Below, piece after piece: positions 45,222 through 52,997 of a stretch of DNA of 57,555 nucleotides. This stretch comes from a virus (Duplodnaviria > Caudoviricetes), in the IMG/VR virus record IMGVR_UViG_3300044251_000011, positions 1-57,555 of that record; one strand, 5' to 3'. Below the pieces are notes generated by a model. The model saw nothing but the letters and a program-made list of their open reading frames with translations. It was not told where the DNA came from and made no database searches. Positions within the stretch are counted from its first letter, which is position 1. Every line of letters begins with the position of its first letter. Made by a program: the position numbers and the translations under genes.

Positions 45222-45224
45222 ACC

Positions 45225-45308
45225 GTGGAGTTCGATGTCGGCAACAACCTGGGTGCGGCGCTGTTCGTGCTCGCCATCGCGGCGTGTATCTGGGCGGCCC
45301 GCCGGTAG
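45225..45308 (+). CDS. 27-aa membrane peptide
   Basis: VEFDVGNNLGAALFVLAIAACIWAARR after GAGG. Confidence 0.45.
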   Translation: MEFDVGNNLGAALFVLAIAACIWAARR

Positions 45309-45381
45309 AGCTGGACACTTCCCCGTCACTACTGTAAGGTTGTACGTAGTGGCGGGGAGGTCCCGCTCAGAGGAGGGGACA

Positions 45382-45546
45382 ATGGCGCGCGACAAGGACA
45401 ACACCGGCCCGAGCCGGGACGATCGCTCCAGCGGCGGCTCGTCCGGCGGGTCCGGCGGCTCGGGCACCGGCCCGGGTCGTACCGAGGGCGGCGGCCGGGA
45501 CGGCCAGCAGGGCGGCCGGGGCACCGGCTCCGGCGGCTCCCGTTGA
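45382..45546 (+). CDS. Gly/Ser-rich disordered peptide (54 aa)
   Basis: GAGGAGGGG RBS; promoter TGGACA-N17-TAAGGT at 45312-45340. Confidence 0.6.
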   Translation: MARDKDNTGPSRDDRSSGGSSGGSGGSGTGPGRTEGGGRDGQQGGRGTGSGGSR

Positions 45547-45837
45547 TCGAGGGAACAGGACCAGGGCGTGGCCGCTTCTGGCGGCCCGTCCTGTTCGTCC
45601 TGAGCCACGTACCCGGGCTGTTCGGCCCGGAGCCACCCCGAGAGCAAGCACACCGCGAGGGCCGCACCGTGGCCGTGATCAGGAAGGCAGAGCGCTAGTG
45701 GACTACAAGGACGGGCACTGGTGGGACGAGGGCGGCTGGGTCCGCTGGCACGTCGTCCGCCGGGTGCGCTGGCATGTCGCCGGGGTGCGGGACCGGCTCG
45801 CCACCCGGAAGGCGAACCGCTCGCGGGACATCGTTGG

Positions 45838-45866
45838 TTGACACTTCACCGTCACGCCTGTAAAGT
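45838..45866 (+). promoter_or_regulatory. Promoter/operator TTGACA-N17-TAAAGT
   Basis: TTGACACTTCACCGTCACGCCTGTAAAGT. Confidence 0.85.
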
Positions 45867-45911
45867 AAGTCGTGTCAGGGGGAACGGCCCCCGGACGGGG
45901 AGGAGATCGAG

Positions 45912-46178
45912 ATGAACATGAGCAACGAACACCACGAGGGCGTCGGGTTCGCGGGCCTGGAGGTGGAGGAACTTCAGGGCATCATCGCGGCGGCCAAGGA
46001 CAAGCTGGAGAACACGGTCCTGGGCCTGATCGTCACGGCCGTGGGCGAGCCCGCCCGGACCGAGGCGGGGGCAAACGCCCTGGCGTTCGCCTCGGGCCTG
46101 GTGGACCGGCTCACCGAGGACATGGGGATCTGTGAGGCCGTCAAGGCCGAGCTGAACCGGTACGCCGGGGGCTTCTGA
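45912..46178 (+). CDS. Helical-hairpin hypothetical protein
   Basis: GGAGGAG RBS; promoter upstream, terminator downstream. Confidence 0.7.
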   Translation: MNMSNEHHEGVGFAGLEVEELQGIIAAAKDKLENTVLGLIVTAVGEPARTEAGANALAFASGLVDRLTEDMGICEAVKAELNRYAGGF

Positions 46179-46189
46179 CCCCAGACAGA

Positions 46190-46228
46190 GAACGGCCCCC
46201 GACCTCGACAGTGAGGCGGGGGCCGTTC
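46190..46228. terminator. Bidirectional terminator
   Basis: GAACGGCCCCCG..CGGGGGCCGTTC. Confidence 0.75.
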
Positions 46229-46250
46229 CGTTTGAGCAGTCGGACCGAGC

Positions 46251-46619
46251 CTAGCGGACCTGGCCCGTGGACAGCGCCGTGGGAGCCTGGTCGGCGGCCG
46301 GGGTCACCTGGGGCCGGATGCCGAACAGCGCGAACCCGGCCAGGATGATGGCACCGAGCCCGGTCACGAACGCGTCCGAGACCGCGAAGTTGTACTCCGC
46401 GAACAGCGCGGAGCCAGCGGCCACGGCACCGACGAACAGCGCCGGGGCGATGGGCCGCGTGGTGAGCGCGATCAGCACGGCCGCGAGCGCCGTGGTGATG
46501 GCCGTCGCCTGGCCCGCGTTCAGCCAGTCCAAGCCGAGCGAGACCAGCCAGGTGACCAGCGCGCCACCGAGGCCGATCCACAGCGCGGGCTCGCGCCCGA
46601 AAATCTTGATCTGGGTCAT
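46251..46619 (-). CDS. Holin
   Basis: IFGREPAL, four TM segments, RPQVTP; follows lysin. Confidence 0.8.
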   Translation of the reverse strand: MTQIKIFGREPALWIGLGGALVTWLVSLGLDWLNAGQATAITTALAAVLIALTTRPIAPALFVGAVAAGSALFAEYNFAVSDAFVTGLGAIILAGFALFGIRPQVTPAADQAPTALSTGQVR

Positions 46620-46624
46620 CCGTC

Positions 46625-47368
46625 CTACCTCCCGATGATCTTCACGATGGGAGCCCAGGTCTTGGGGCCAGCGACCCCATCGACCTTCAGCCCCCGCATG
46701 TCCTGGTACCAGCGGACACCGGCCCGGGTCTTGTCCCCGAACTTGCCGTCCGCCTTACCGGCCCGCTCCCCGATGAACCCCTGGAGCGCGAGCACGTCCT
46801 GGCCCTCGGCGTTCTTGCTGACCGAGTTCTCCCGCGAGCCGTTCGGGTAGTCCTTCAGCCCGGTCGGCTTGGGGGTCGGCTTGGTCGGGGGCCGGACCAC
46901 CACGACCGTAACGAGGGTCTTCAGGCCCAGCGTGCCCTTCCAGCCGTCCGCCGTCTGGGTGTAGTCGCCCGACAAGTGGAGGTGCTGGTCGTGCTTGTTC
47001 GCGCCGGTGTACGTCCGGGTCTTCCAGCCGTCCGAGCGCGACCAGATCCGGCCGTTGAAGATCAGGTACCGGAACGGGACGTACGTCCCGGCCCGAGCCC
47101 GTTTCACCAGGTACTGGACCAGGGTCTCCATCGTGACCTTGCGGCCCGAGGCGTCGCGGAGATCCTTGTCCACGTCGATGGCGCGGACCTCATCGAGAGA
47201 GTCCCCGTCCTTGTACTCCGCCCGGCCGCTCTTGTCGGGGTTGTGGCCCGAGGTGCCGGACTGGTGCGCCTGGTCCCCGATCCAGCCGTCGCTCGCCTTG
47301 TCCCGCTTGGGGAACACGGTGTTGAACTCGGCCCGGACGGTCTGGAGCCCGATGGTCAGTACGGCCAT
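46625..47368 (-). CDS. Endolysin: zinc peptidase domain plus peptidoglycan-binding domain
   Basis: SDGWIGD..H..SGHNPD, RAIDVD, HDQHLHLS; DGKFG..T..V..YQ..GL.VDGVAGPKTW. Confidence 0.85.
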   Translation of the reverse strand: MAVLTIGLQTVRAEFNTVFPKRDKASDGWIGDQAHQSGTSGHNPDKSGRAEYKDGDSLDEVRAIDVDKDLRDASGRKVTMETLVQYLVKRARAGTYVPFRYLIFNGRIWSRSDGWKTRTYTGANKHDQHLHLSGDYTQTADGWKGTLGLKTLVTVVVVRPPTKPTPKPTGLKDYPNGSRENSVSKNAEGQDVLALQGFIGERAGKADGKFGDKTRAGVRWYQDMRGLKVDGVAGPKTWAPIVKIIGR

Positions 47369-47370
47369 GA

Positions 47371-47535
47371 TCAGACCTCCTCGTCCTCGGCCAGGTCCAC
47401 GGTCTCGTTCGGCCAGTCGGTGGCCCCCTCGTCGTCCCACGGGTCCAGGACCACGGGGCCGATGTGCGCCTCGGGGTCCTCGTCGGGGACGGGGTGACCG
47501 GCGGTCAGATCCTGGGTCGTCTCAGCGTCCGTCAA
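47371..47535 (-). CDS. Acidic 54-aa protein
   Basis: GGAGGAGG RBS, TTG start; fills gap before lysin. Confidence 0.5.
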   Translation of the reverse strand: MTDAETTQDLTAGHPVPDEDPEAHIGPVVLDPWDDEGATDWPNETVDLAEDEEV

Positions 47536-47575
47536 TGTGTCCTCCTCCTGTCGCTGTTACTTCACAGTAACAGCT

Positions 47576-47761
47576 TCAGCGCTTACTCCGCCTGGTGCGG
47601 GCCGCCTTCCGCGCCATGCGCGAGCGCTGGGCGTGGCTCTCGCCAGCGTTGGCGATGCGGGCCGCCTTGCTCTTGCTCATGCCCTTGCGCCTCAGCGCCC
47701 GGTACACGTTGTGGCGGCCCGGGGTCACGTACCCCTTGCGGCCACCGGCTGATGACACCAT
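47576..47761 (-). CDS. Small basic protein
   Basis: VYRALRRKGMSKSKAARIANA; GGAGGAGGT RBS. Confidence 0.7.
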   Translation of the reverse strand: MVSSAGGRKGYVTPGRHNVYRALRRKGMSKSKAARIANAGESHAQRSRMARKAARTRRSKR

Positions 47762-47819
47762 GCCGACCACCTCCTCCCCTACCGTACCCAGTCGCCTTGA
47801 CTGTGAAGTGTCAACGGCG

Positions 47820-47851
47820 AACGGCCCCGGACCATGAGGTCCGGGGCCGCT
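47820..47851 (-). terminator. Hairpin terminator next to operator 47797-47814
   Basis: CGGCCCCGGACC..GGTCCGGGGCCG. Confidence 0.7.
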
Positions 47852-47865
47852 CTGGGGAGGAAGGG

Positions 47866-48306
47866 TCAGGGGTGGTTCTGGCGGGCCAGGACGAGGCCCT
47901 GGCTCTCCAGCTTGGCCGTGATGGCGCGAGCCCGGCGGAACAGCGGGCCGTCCTCACGCTCGGTCGCGTGGAGGACTTCCTGGATCGTGCTCTGGACCTC
48001 GCGGTCCTCGGCCGCCACGAGCGAGTCCGCGCCGATCATGCGCATGAACCAGTCGGCCGCCGTGCCGACCCCGGAGCCACCGGCACCGCGCGGCCCGGTG
48101 TACTTCTCCGCGATGGCGGCGGCCATCGCGTGCTCCAGCGTGTTGAACCACTCGCTGGTGTCCCCGGCCTGGGCACCCACGGTGTTGGCCGTGAACCCGT
48201 ACAGCTTGCGGCCCTCGTAGGTGTCGCTGATCTGGCGGCCGTCGATCTCGAAGAACTGCCACGCGCCGATCGTCCAGCGCTCCGTGGGGTACAGCTCGCG
48301 CGCCAT
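47866..48306 (-). CDS. Hypothetical protein
   Basis: Coupled start MARELYP at 48306. Confidence 0.65.
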   Translation of the reverse strand: MARELYPTERWTIGAWQFFEIDGRQISDTYEGRKLYGFTANTVGAQAGDTSEWFNTLEHAMAAAIAEKYTGPRGAGGSGVGTAADWFMRMIGADSLVAAEDREVQSTIQEVLHATEREDGPLFRRARAITAKLESQGLVLARQNHP

Positions 48307-48851
48307 CACTTCACCGTCCCGTAGTTCGGGGCCACGCCGACCTCGCGCGCCGCGTCGTTGATCATGTTCAGGATGTCGGCCAGGACGAACTCCTGGTCCG
48401 GGACCAGCTTCACGTCCCGGTGGCCCATGCTCACCTGGTTCTCGTGCGAGCCCTCGGCCCAGCCCTGGACAGCGCGGGCCATCGCGGCCAGCGCGTTGTT
48501 CGCCCCGTTCACCCGGGCAGTCATGATGTCGCCCAGCTCGGCCTCGGGCAGCGCGGCCACCTTCTCGGCCGCGCGCTTCTCGGTCCACGCGGCCTCGGCG
48601 TCGGCGGCCGACTCGATGGCGTTGTCCAGCTTCAGGTTGAACACCATCGTCTGGATCGTGTGCACGACCTGGCCCGCCGCACGCGGGTAGGTCTGGAACT
48701 CCAGGTCCCGCTCGGGGGCCGTGGCGGACAAGATGTTCCGCTTGGCCTCGCGCTCGATCTGGTCGGCCGTGTCTCGCATCCGGCTCACGGTGTCCGCGAT
48801 GTTCCGCTCCAGGCGGGCTCGCGCGCTCGCTTCCCAATCTCGTTCGGTCAT
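48306..48851 (-). CDS. Hypothetical protein
   Basis: Leaderless after TTGACA-N17-TAAGGT (48859-48887). Confidence 0.7.
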   Translation of the reverse strand: MTERDWEASARARLERNIADTVSRMRDTADQIEREAKRNILSATAPERDLEFQTYPRAAGQVVHTIQTMVFNLKLDNAIESAADAEAAWTEKRAAEKVAALPEAELGDIMTARVNGANNALAAMARAVQGWAEGSHENQVSMGHRDVKLVPDQEFVLADILNMINDAAREVGVAPNYGTVK

Positions 48852-48883
48852 GGGTTAGACCTTACCGCCAGGACTGCAAGGTG

Positions 48884-50362
48884 TCAACTCAGCGGGGAGA
48901 GTCCCGTGGTCGGGAGCGCGCCGACCGGCTCCACGAACCCAGCGCCGGAGCCGCCCTTGTGGCGGTCCGCCCACATCGCCATAGCGATGGCGTCCCCCCG
49001 GTCCGGCGAGCGGCCCAGCCGCTCCACCACCTTGTCCTTGGGCTCCACCTTGATCTTGGGCGGGACGCCGGTGTCCACGCCCCAGCGCGGGGTGGTCAGG
49101 TCCGAGATCATGAGGTCGTTCGGGGGGAGCGCCAGGGTCGGCTCGAACGCCGGGTCCAGCAGCTCGCGGAGGTTCCAGTACGCGGCCGACCGGGTGTTGG
49201 TGAACCCGAACTTGCCGGACCGGTCCCGGGTGTGCGCCTTGCCCGAGCCGGTGTACGCCAGCGGCCGAGCGCCCAGCTCGCGGAGCCGGTCGAACACACC
49301 GGCCCCGAGGCCGATCACGTCGATGATGGCGCGGCCTTCCCGGCCCTGGACCATGCCCACGGTCGCCATCGTGTCGCGCCGCCGGTTGCCTTCCAGGGTG
49401 ATGGCCCAGCCGTCGCGCGCCGCCAGGACCGTCTCGTCCCCGCCCCGGCCCACGTCCACGCCGGTCCAGAGCGGCCCGCCCGGGGAGGGTCGGCCAGCCC
49501 GGTCCCACTCGTGCCACCTCTCGATCGCCGCCTCCAGCCAGGCCAGCGGGATCACGCTGTCCTCGTCGCTGGCGTGGAACTCGCCCAGTACGCGGTTGTG
49601 GTAGACCGCGCTGTCCGCTCCCCACTGGACGCGCCGTTGGTCGGCCCAGGACCGCGAGATCCGGCCGGACTCGATGGCTTCCTCCAGCGTGACGTGTCGG
49701 GTCCACCAGTCCTCGAACCCGGGTGCGCGCCGGTGGATCTCGTAGAACCGGCCGGACGGCGGGCCGGGCGTGCTCATGGCGAACGCGTAGGCGTTGTCCG
49801 CTGTGTCGGGACCGGCGTTCGAGAACGCGCCCTCGATCGAGTCCCAGGTGGCCGGGGGCACGATCTTTGCCTCGTCAAGGAGATACAGCAGCTCCTCGGC
49901 GTGCGCGCCCTCGATCCGCTCGGGCTGGTTGCTCGCCACGGCCGTGGCCGCGCCGTACTGAAGCTTCAGCCGGAGGTCCAACAGCTCGCTGTTCGGCTTG
50001 TACGGCGCGCGGCCCAGGGTCTCGAAGTCGATCCGGCCCGCCCACTTGTGGATCTCCGGCCAGAGGTAGACCTCCAGGTGACGCCAGGCGGACGCCGTGG
50101 TGATGATCTTCCAGTCCTTGCCCATCAGGTCCCGGGTCGTGGCGAACCAGTTCACCAGCACCGCGCCCATGAACGACTTCCCCAGGCCGTGAGGGCCACG
50201 CACGGCAACCCGGTGCTGGACGGGGAGTGCGTCCAACACCTCGCCCTGGTAGCCCGCCAGATCGACAGCGAGGCAGTCTCGCGCCCAGGTCACCGGCGAG
50301 TTCTTCCAGCGGTCGAGCCGGGTCCGCGCCAGGTACTTGGTCGCCAGGTCCACGGTCGTCAT
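48884..50362 (-). CDS. terL: Terminase large subunit
   Basis: RGPHGLGKS Walker A, LYLLDEA Walker B, STP, RVLGEF, GVDVGRGGDE, SPDRGDA. Confidence 0.93.
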   Translation of the reverse strand: MTTVDLATKYLARTRLDRWKNSPVTWARDCLAVDLAGYQGEVLDALPVQHRVAVRGPHGLGKSFMGAVLVNWFATTRDLMGKDWKIITTASAWRHLEVYLWPEIHKWAGRIDFETLGRAPYKPNSELLDLRLKLQYGAATAVASNQPERIEGAHAEELLYLLDEAKIVPPATWDSIEGAFSNAGPDTADNAYAFAMSTPGPPSGRFYEIHRRAPGFEDWWTRHVTLEEAIESGRISRSWADQRRVQWGADSAVYHNRVLGEFHASDEDSVIPLAWLEAAIERWHEWDRAGRPSPGGPLWTGVDVGRGGDETVLAARDGWAITLEGNRRRDTMATVGMVQGREGRAIIDVIGLGAGVFDRLRELGARPLAYTGSGKAHTRDRSGKFGFTNTRSAAYWNLRELLDPAFEPTLALPPNDLMISDLTTPRWGVDTGVPPKIKVEPKDKVVERLGRSPDRGDAIAMAMWADRHKGGSGAGFVEPVGALPTTGLSPLS

Positions 50363-50532
50363 CGCGTCACGCCCATCACTCGCTGGAACTCGGCCACGGT
50401 CGGGGCCGGTCCGCTCCCCCGGGTGCTCCGGCGCGCCACGCGCTTGCGCACCGTGCCGGGCTTCCAGTGCTGGCACCCGGTGTCCGCCGGGACCAGCTCG
50501 GCGCACGCGCCGCACGGCCGGACCGCGATCAT
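50359..50532 (-). CDS. Small Cys-containing protein (57 aa)
   Basis: MIAVRPCGAC..GCQHW; ATGA overlaps at both ends. Confidence 0.5.
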   Translation of the reverse strand: MIAVRPCGACAELVPADTGCQHWKPGTVRKRVARRSTRGSGPAPTVAEFQRVMGVTR

Positions 50533-51227
50533 GCGCCCAGCTCGATCGAGCCGAGGTGCGCCCGGATCAGCGCCGGGACCATCGCCTCCTGGTCCGGAGT
50601 GAGCTGGAGCCCGGCCAGAATGATCATGATCCGGGAGACCACCGCGTCACCCCAGCGTTCGGCCAGCCCGATCATCTTGTCCGAGATCCCCATGTCGTGC
50701 GCCGTCTTGGCGTACTTCACCACGCGGTCCCGCTCGGCGGCCTCCAGCATCACCAGGGCGCGCGCTTCCTCGCTGACCGCGTAGATATTGCCGTCCTTGC
50801 CAGCCGCGCCGTACCGGTACCCGATCAGGCCGTTCTTGCCGCTGGTGTCCCCGGCGTCCACGTCGGCCTCGTCGGTGCCGTCGATCCGGACCTGGCGCTC
50901 CAGGAGCTGGCCGTACAGGTTGGCGCGGAGCCAGGTCTGTTGCAGCATCCCGAGCACGGCCGCGCTGGAGTCGATCCCCTGGCCCTCGGCGGCCACGCCG
51001 ATGGCGGACCAGGCGGAGATCCGGGTCTCGCCCTTGACCTTGGCGACCTCCTTGGACACCCCGCTGTGGATCTTGCACGCGTCGGTACCCCGGATGGCCG
51101 GGCCGTGGCACTCGCCCCGGTTCTTGCTCCGGTTCTTGGTGCACTCCAGCCGGGTGTGGTCCCCGCACCAGCGAGCGCCGCCTGGGTTGTACGTAGGGCC
51201 GAGCCTCGGGCCAGGGTTACCAGTCAT
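50529..51227 (-). CDS. Putative terminase small subunit
   Basis: C..AIRG..CKIHSG N-terminal motif; upstream of TerL; late promoter at 51234-51259. Confidence 0.6.
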   Translation of the reverse strand: MTGNPGPRLGPTYNPGGARWCGDHTRLECTKNRSKNRGECHGPAIRGTDACKIHSGVSKEVAKVKGETRISAWSAIGVAAEGQGIDSSAAVLGMLQQTWLRANLYGQLLERQVRIDGTDEADVDAGDTSGKNGLIGYRYGAAGKDGNIYAVSEEARALVMLEAAERDRVVKYAKTAHDMGISDKMIGLAERWGDAVVSRIMIILAGLQLTPDQEAMVPALIRAHLGSIELGA

Positions 51228-51399
51228 GGTGTCATCCTAATCTGAGACCAGGGGGCATCCCACCTCGGAGCCGTGACAGTGAAGTGTCACCCCTCGGACG
51301 CACCAGCGCCCGGCCAGGGGACGGGGAGGTCAACCTGGCCGGGCGCTGGGCGGGGCGGCCCCAGATCCCGGGACGGGGCCGCGCGTGGGGCGTGACTGA

Positions 51400-52242
51400 T
51401 CAGCCCTCGAACGTCACCTTACGGCGACGCGCGAGGAGAATCAGCCCCGCGCCCGTGCCAACCACCAGCGCGCCGATCACGGCGAACATGCCCACGCCGG
51501 GGCCGGTGACGGGCAGGGACGGGCCACCGGCGACCGGCGCGGCCGAGGAGCTGGCCGTGGTGCTCGGCTTGGCGCTCCCCGAGGTGCTGGCGCTCGCGCT
51601 GGCCGAGGCCGAGGCGGACGCGCTGGCGCTCGCGCTGGCCGAGGTGCTGGCACTGGCCGAGGCCGAGGCGGACGCCGGGGCGCACGTGAGCGGGTAGCTC
51701 TCGCCGTTGAACGTCACCTTGGAGACCACGGTGGTCACGGTGCCGGGCGGGTTCTTGGTGTAGCCCACACCGAACGAGACCACCCGGTGCGACCGGTCCA
51801 CGGGCGGCATCGTCACCAGGACGGCCGGGTCCGCGTTCTCGTAGAAGTTGCCGCCGGTGGTCAGCTCCCAGAGGTGCGTGGAGCGGTTGTACCGCAGCGT
51901 GCCGTACCCGGTGCCATCGGTGTCCACGACCTCGACCGAGAAGAACGAGGACTGGTCCGGGGCCGGGGCGGCCACGTAGTCACCGGCGCTCAGGTCGTCC
52001 ACCGTCACGCCCGAGACCGCGTGGTGGATCAGGTCGGCGGGCTTGAACTTCAGCCCGGCCACGGTGGCCTCGGGCTTGCGGTCGGCCTCGTCGGGGTTCA
52101 CGTACCAGCCCGCCAGGTTCGGGCACGTGGCGAACGAGGGACCGGGGGTCTCGGTGGCGGCGGCCGGAGCCGCGAGGGCCACCAGCCCGGCGGCCACGAG
52201 GCCCGCCATCGCGGCGAGCGCGGCGGCCAGTCGGGTCTTCAT
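51400..52242 (-). CDS. Secreted, sortase-anchored (LPVTG) cell-wall protein
   Basis: Signal peptide, (AS)n stalk, LPVTG, TM helix, RRRK tail; promoter TTGACC-N18-TAAGGT at 52289-52318. Confidence 0.85.
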   Translation of the reverse strand: MKTRLAAALAAMAGLVAAGLVALAAPAAATETPGPSFATCPNLAGWYVNPDEADRKPEATVAGLKFKPADLIHHAVSGVTVDDLSAGDYVAAPAPDQSSFFSVEVVDTDGTGYGTLRYNRSTHLWELTTGGNFYENADPAVLVTMPPVDRSHRVVSFGVGYTKNPPGTVTTVVSKVTFNGESYPLTCAPASASASASASTSASASASASASASASASASTSGSAKPSTTASSSAAPVAGGPSLPVTGPGVGMFAVIGALVVGTGAGLILLARRRKVTFEG

Positions 52243-52320
52243 CAGTTCGGTTTCCTTCCGGTTGCGGACAGATCAGGTACGAGGCGGAACCTTACAGCTA
52301 TCACGGGGAGGTGGTCAAGC

Positions 52321-52932
52321 CTACGCGGGTGCCCATCCGTACGAGCACGCGCCGACCCGGTACCAGCGCTCGGCCGTGATCTCCTGGTTGACCGGGAACT
52401 CCACGGCCTCGCCGGGGGCGAGCGTGACGCTCTTGGAGAACTTCAGCGCCGCCTCCCCCGTCACCGGCCACTGGACCCAGACCTGGCCGGTCTGAGGCTT
52501 GGTGCTGGTGTTCGTCGCGGTCACCGTGGCGACCAGGCCGTACTCCCCGATGATCTTCTTTTCGCACGTGCCGGTGGTCGTCACGCTCGCGCCGACCGGC
52601 ACGGTGATGGCCGGGACCGGCCCGCTCTTGTCGGTCAGGCCGAGCACCACCGCGCCGGAGCACAGGATGAACAGCCCGCCCAGCACGATCGAGACCCAGG
52701 CCCACGCGGGCATCCCCTTGCGCTTCTCGCCCGGGGTCAGCCATCCGTGCTGGACGCCCAGATCCTGGTGGACCTGGCTGTCCCACGGCGGGCGGCCGGG
52801 GCTGTGCCACGGGATCTCGTCGTCCGGCGGGGGGACCTCCTCCGCCCGGTATCCGTGCGCCGCCAGGGTCTCGGGCCAGCTCACGCTCGCCTTGCCGGGG
52901 TGGAACGTCGCCTCGCGCTTGTGGTCGGTCAT
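52321..52932 (-). CDS. Single-pass membrane protein with beta-rich extracellular domain
   Basis: Start MTDHKRE; KRKGMPAWAWVSIVLGGLFILC TM. Confidence 0.7.
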   Translation of the reverse strand: MTDHKREATFHPGKASVSWPETLAAHGYRAEEVPPPDDEIPWHSPGRPPWDSQVHQDLGVQHGWLTPGEKRKGMPAWAWVSIVLGGLFILCSGAVVLGLTDKSGPVPAITVPVGASVTTTGTCEKKIIGEYGLVATVTATNTSTKPQTGQVWVQWPVTGEAALKFSKSVTLAPGEAVEFPVNQEITAERWYRVGACSYGWAPA

Positions 52933-52997
52933 CGTCTCGCCTCTCGGTGTCAGGTTCTCCGGGGCCGCGCCGGTCGGCGCGGCCCCCTCCGTCGTGC

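Noticed and set aside
51570-51675. Phase-variable DNA microsatellite
   Set aside because: It encodes the (Ala-Ser)n stalk with mixed codons; an ordinary low-complexity linker.
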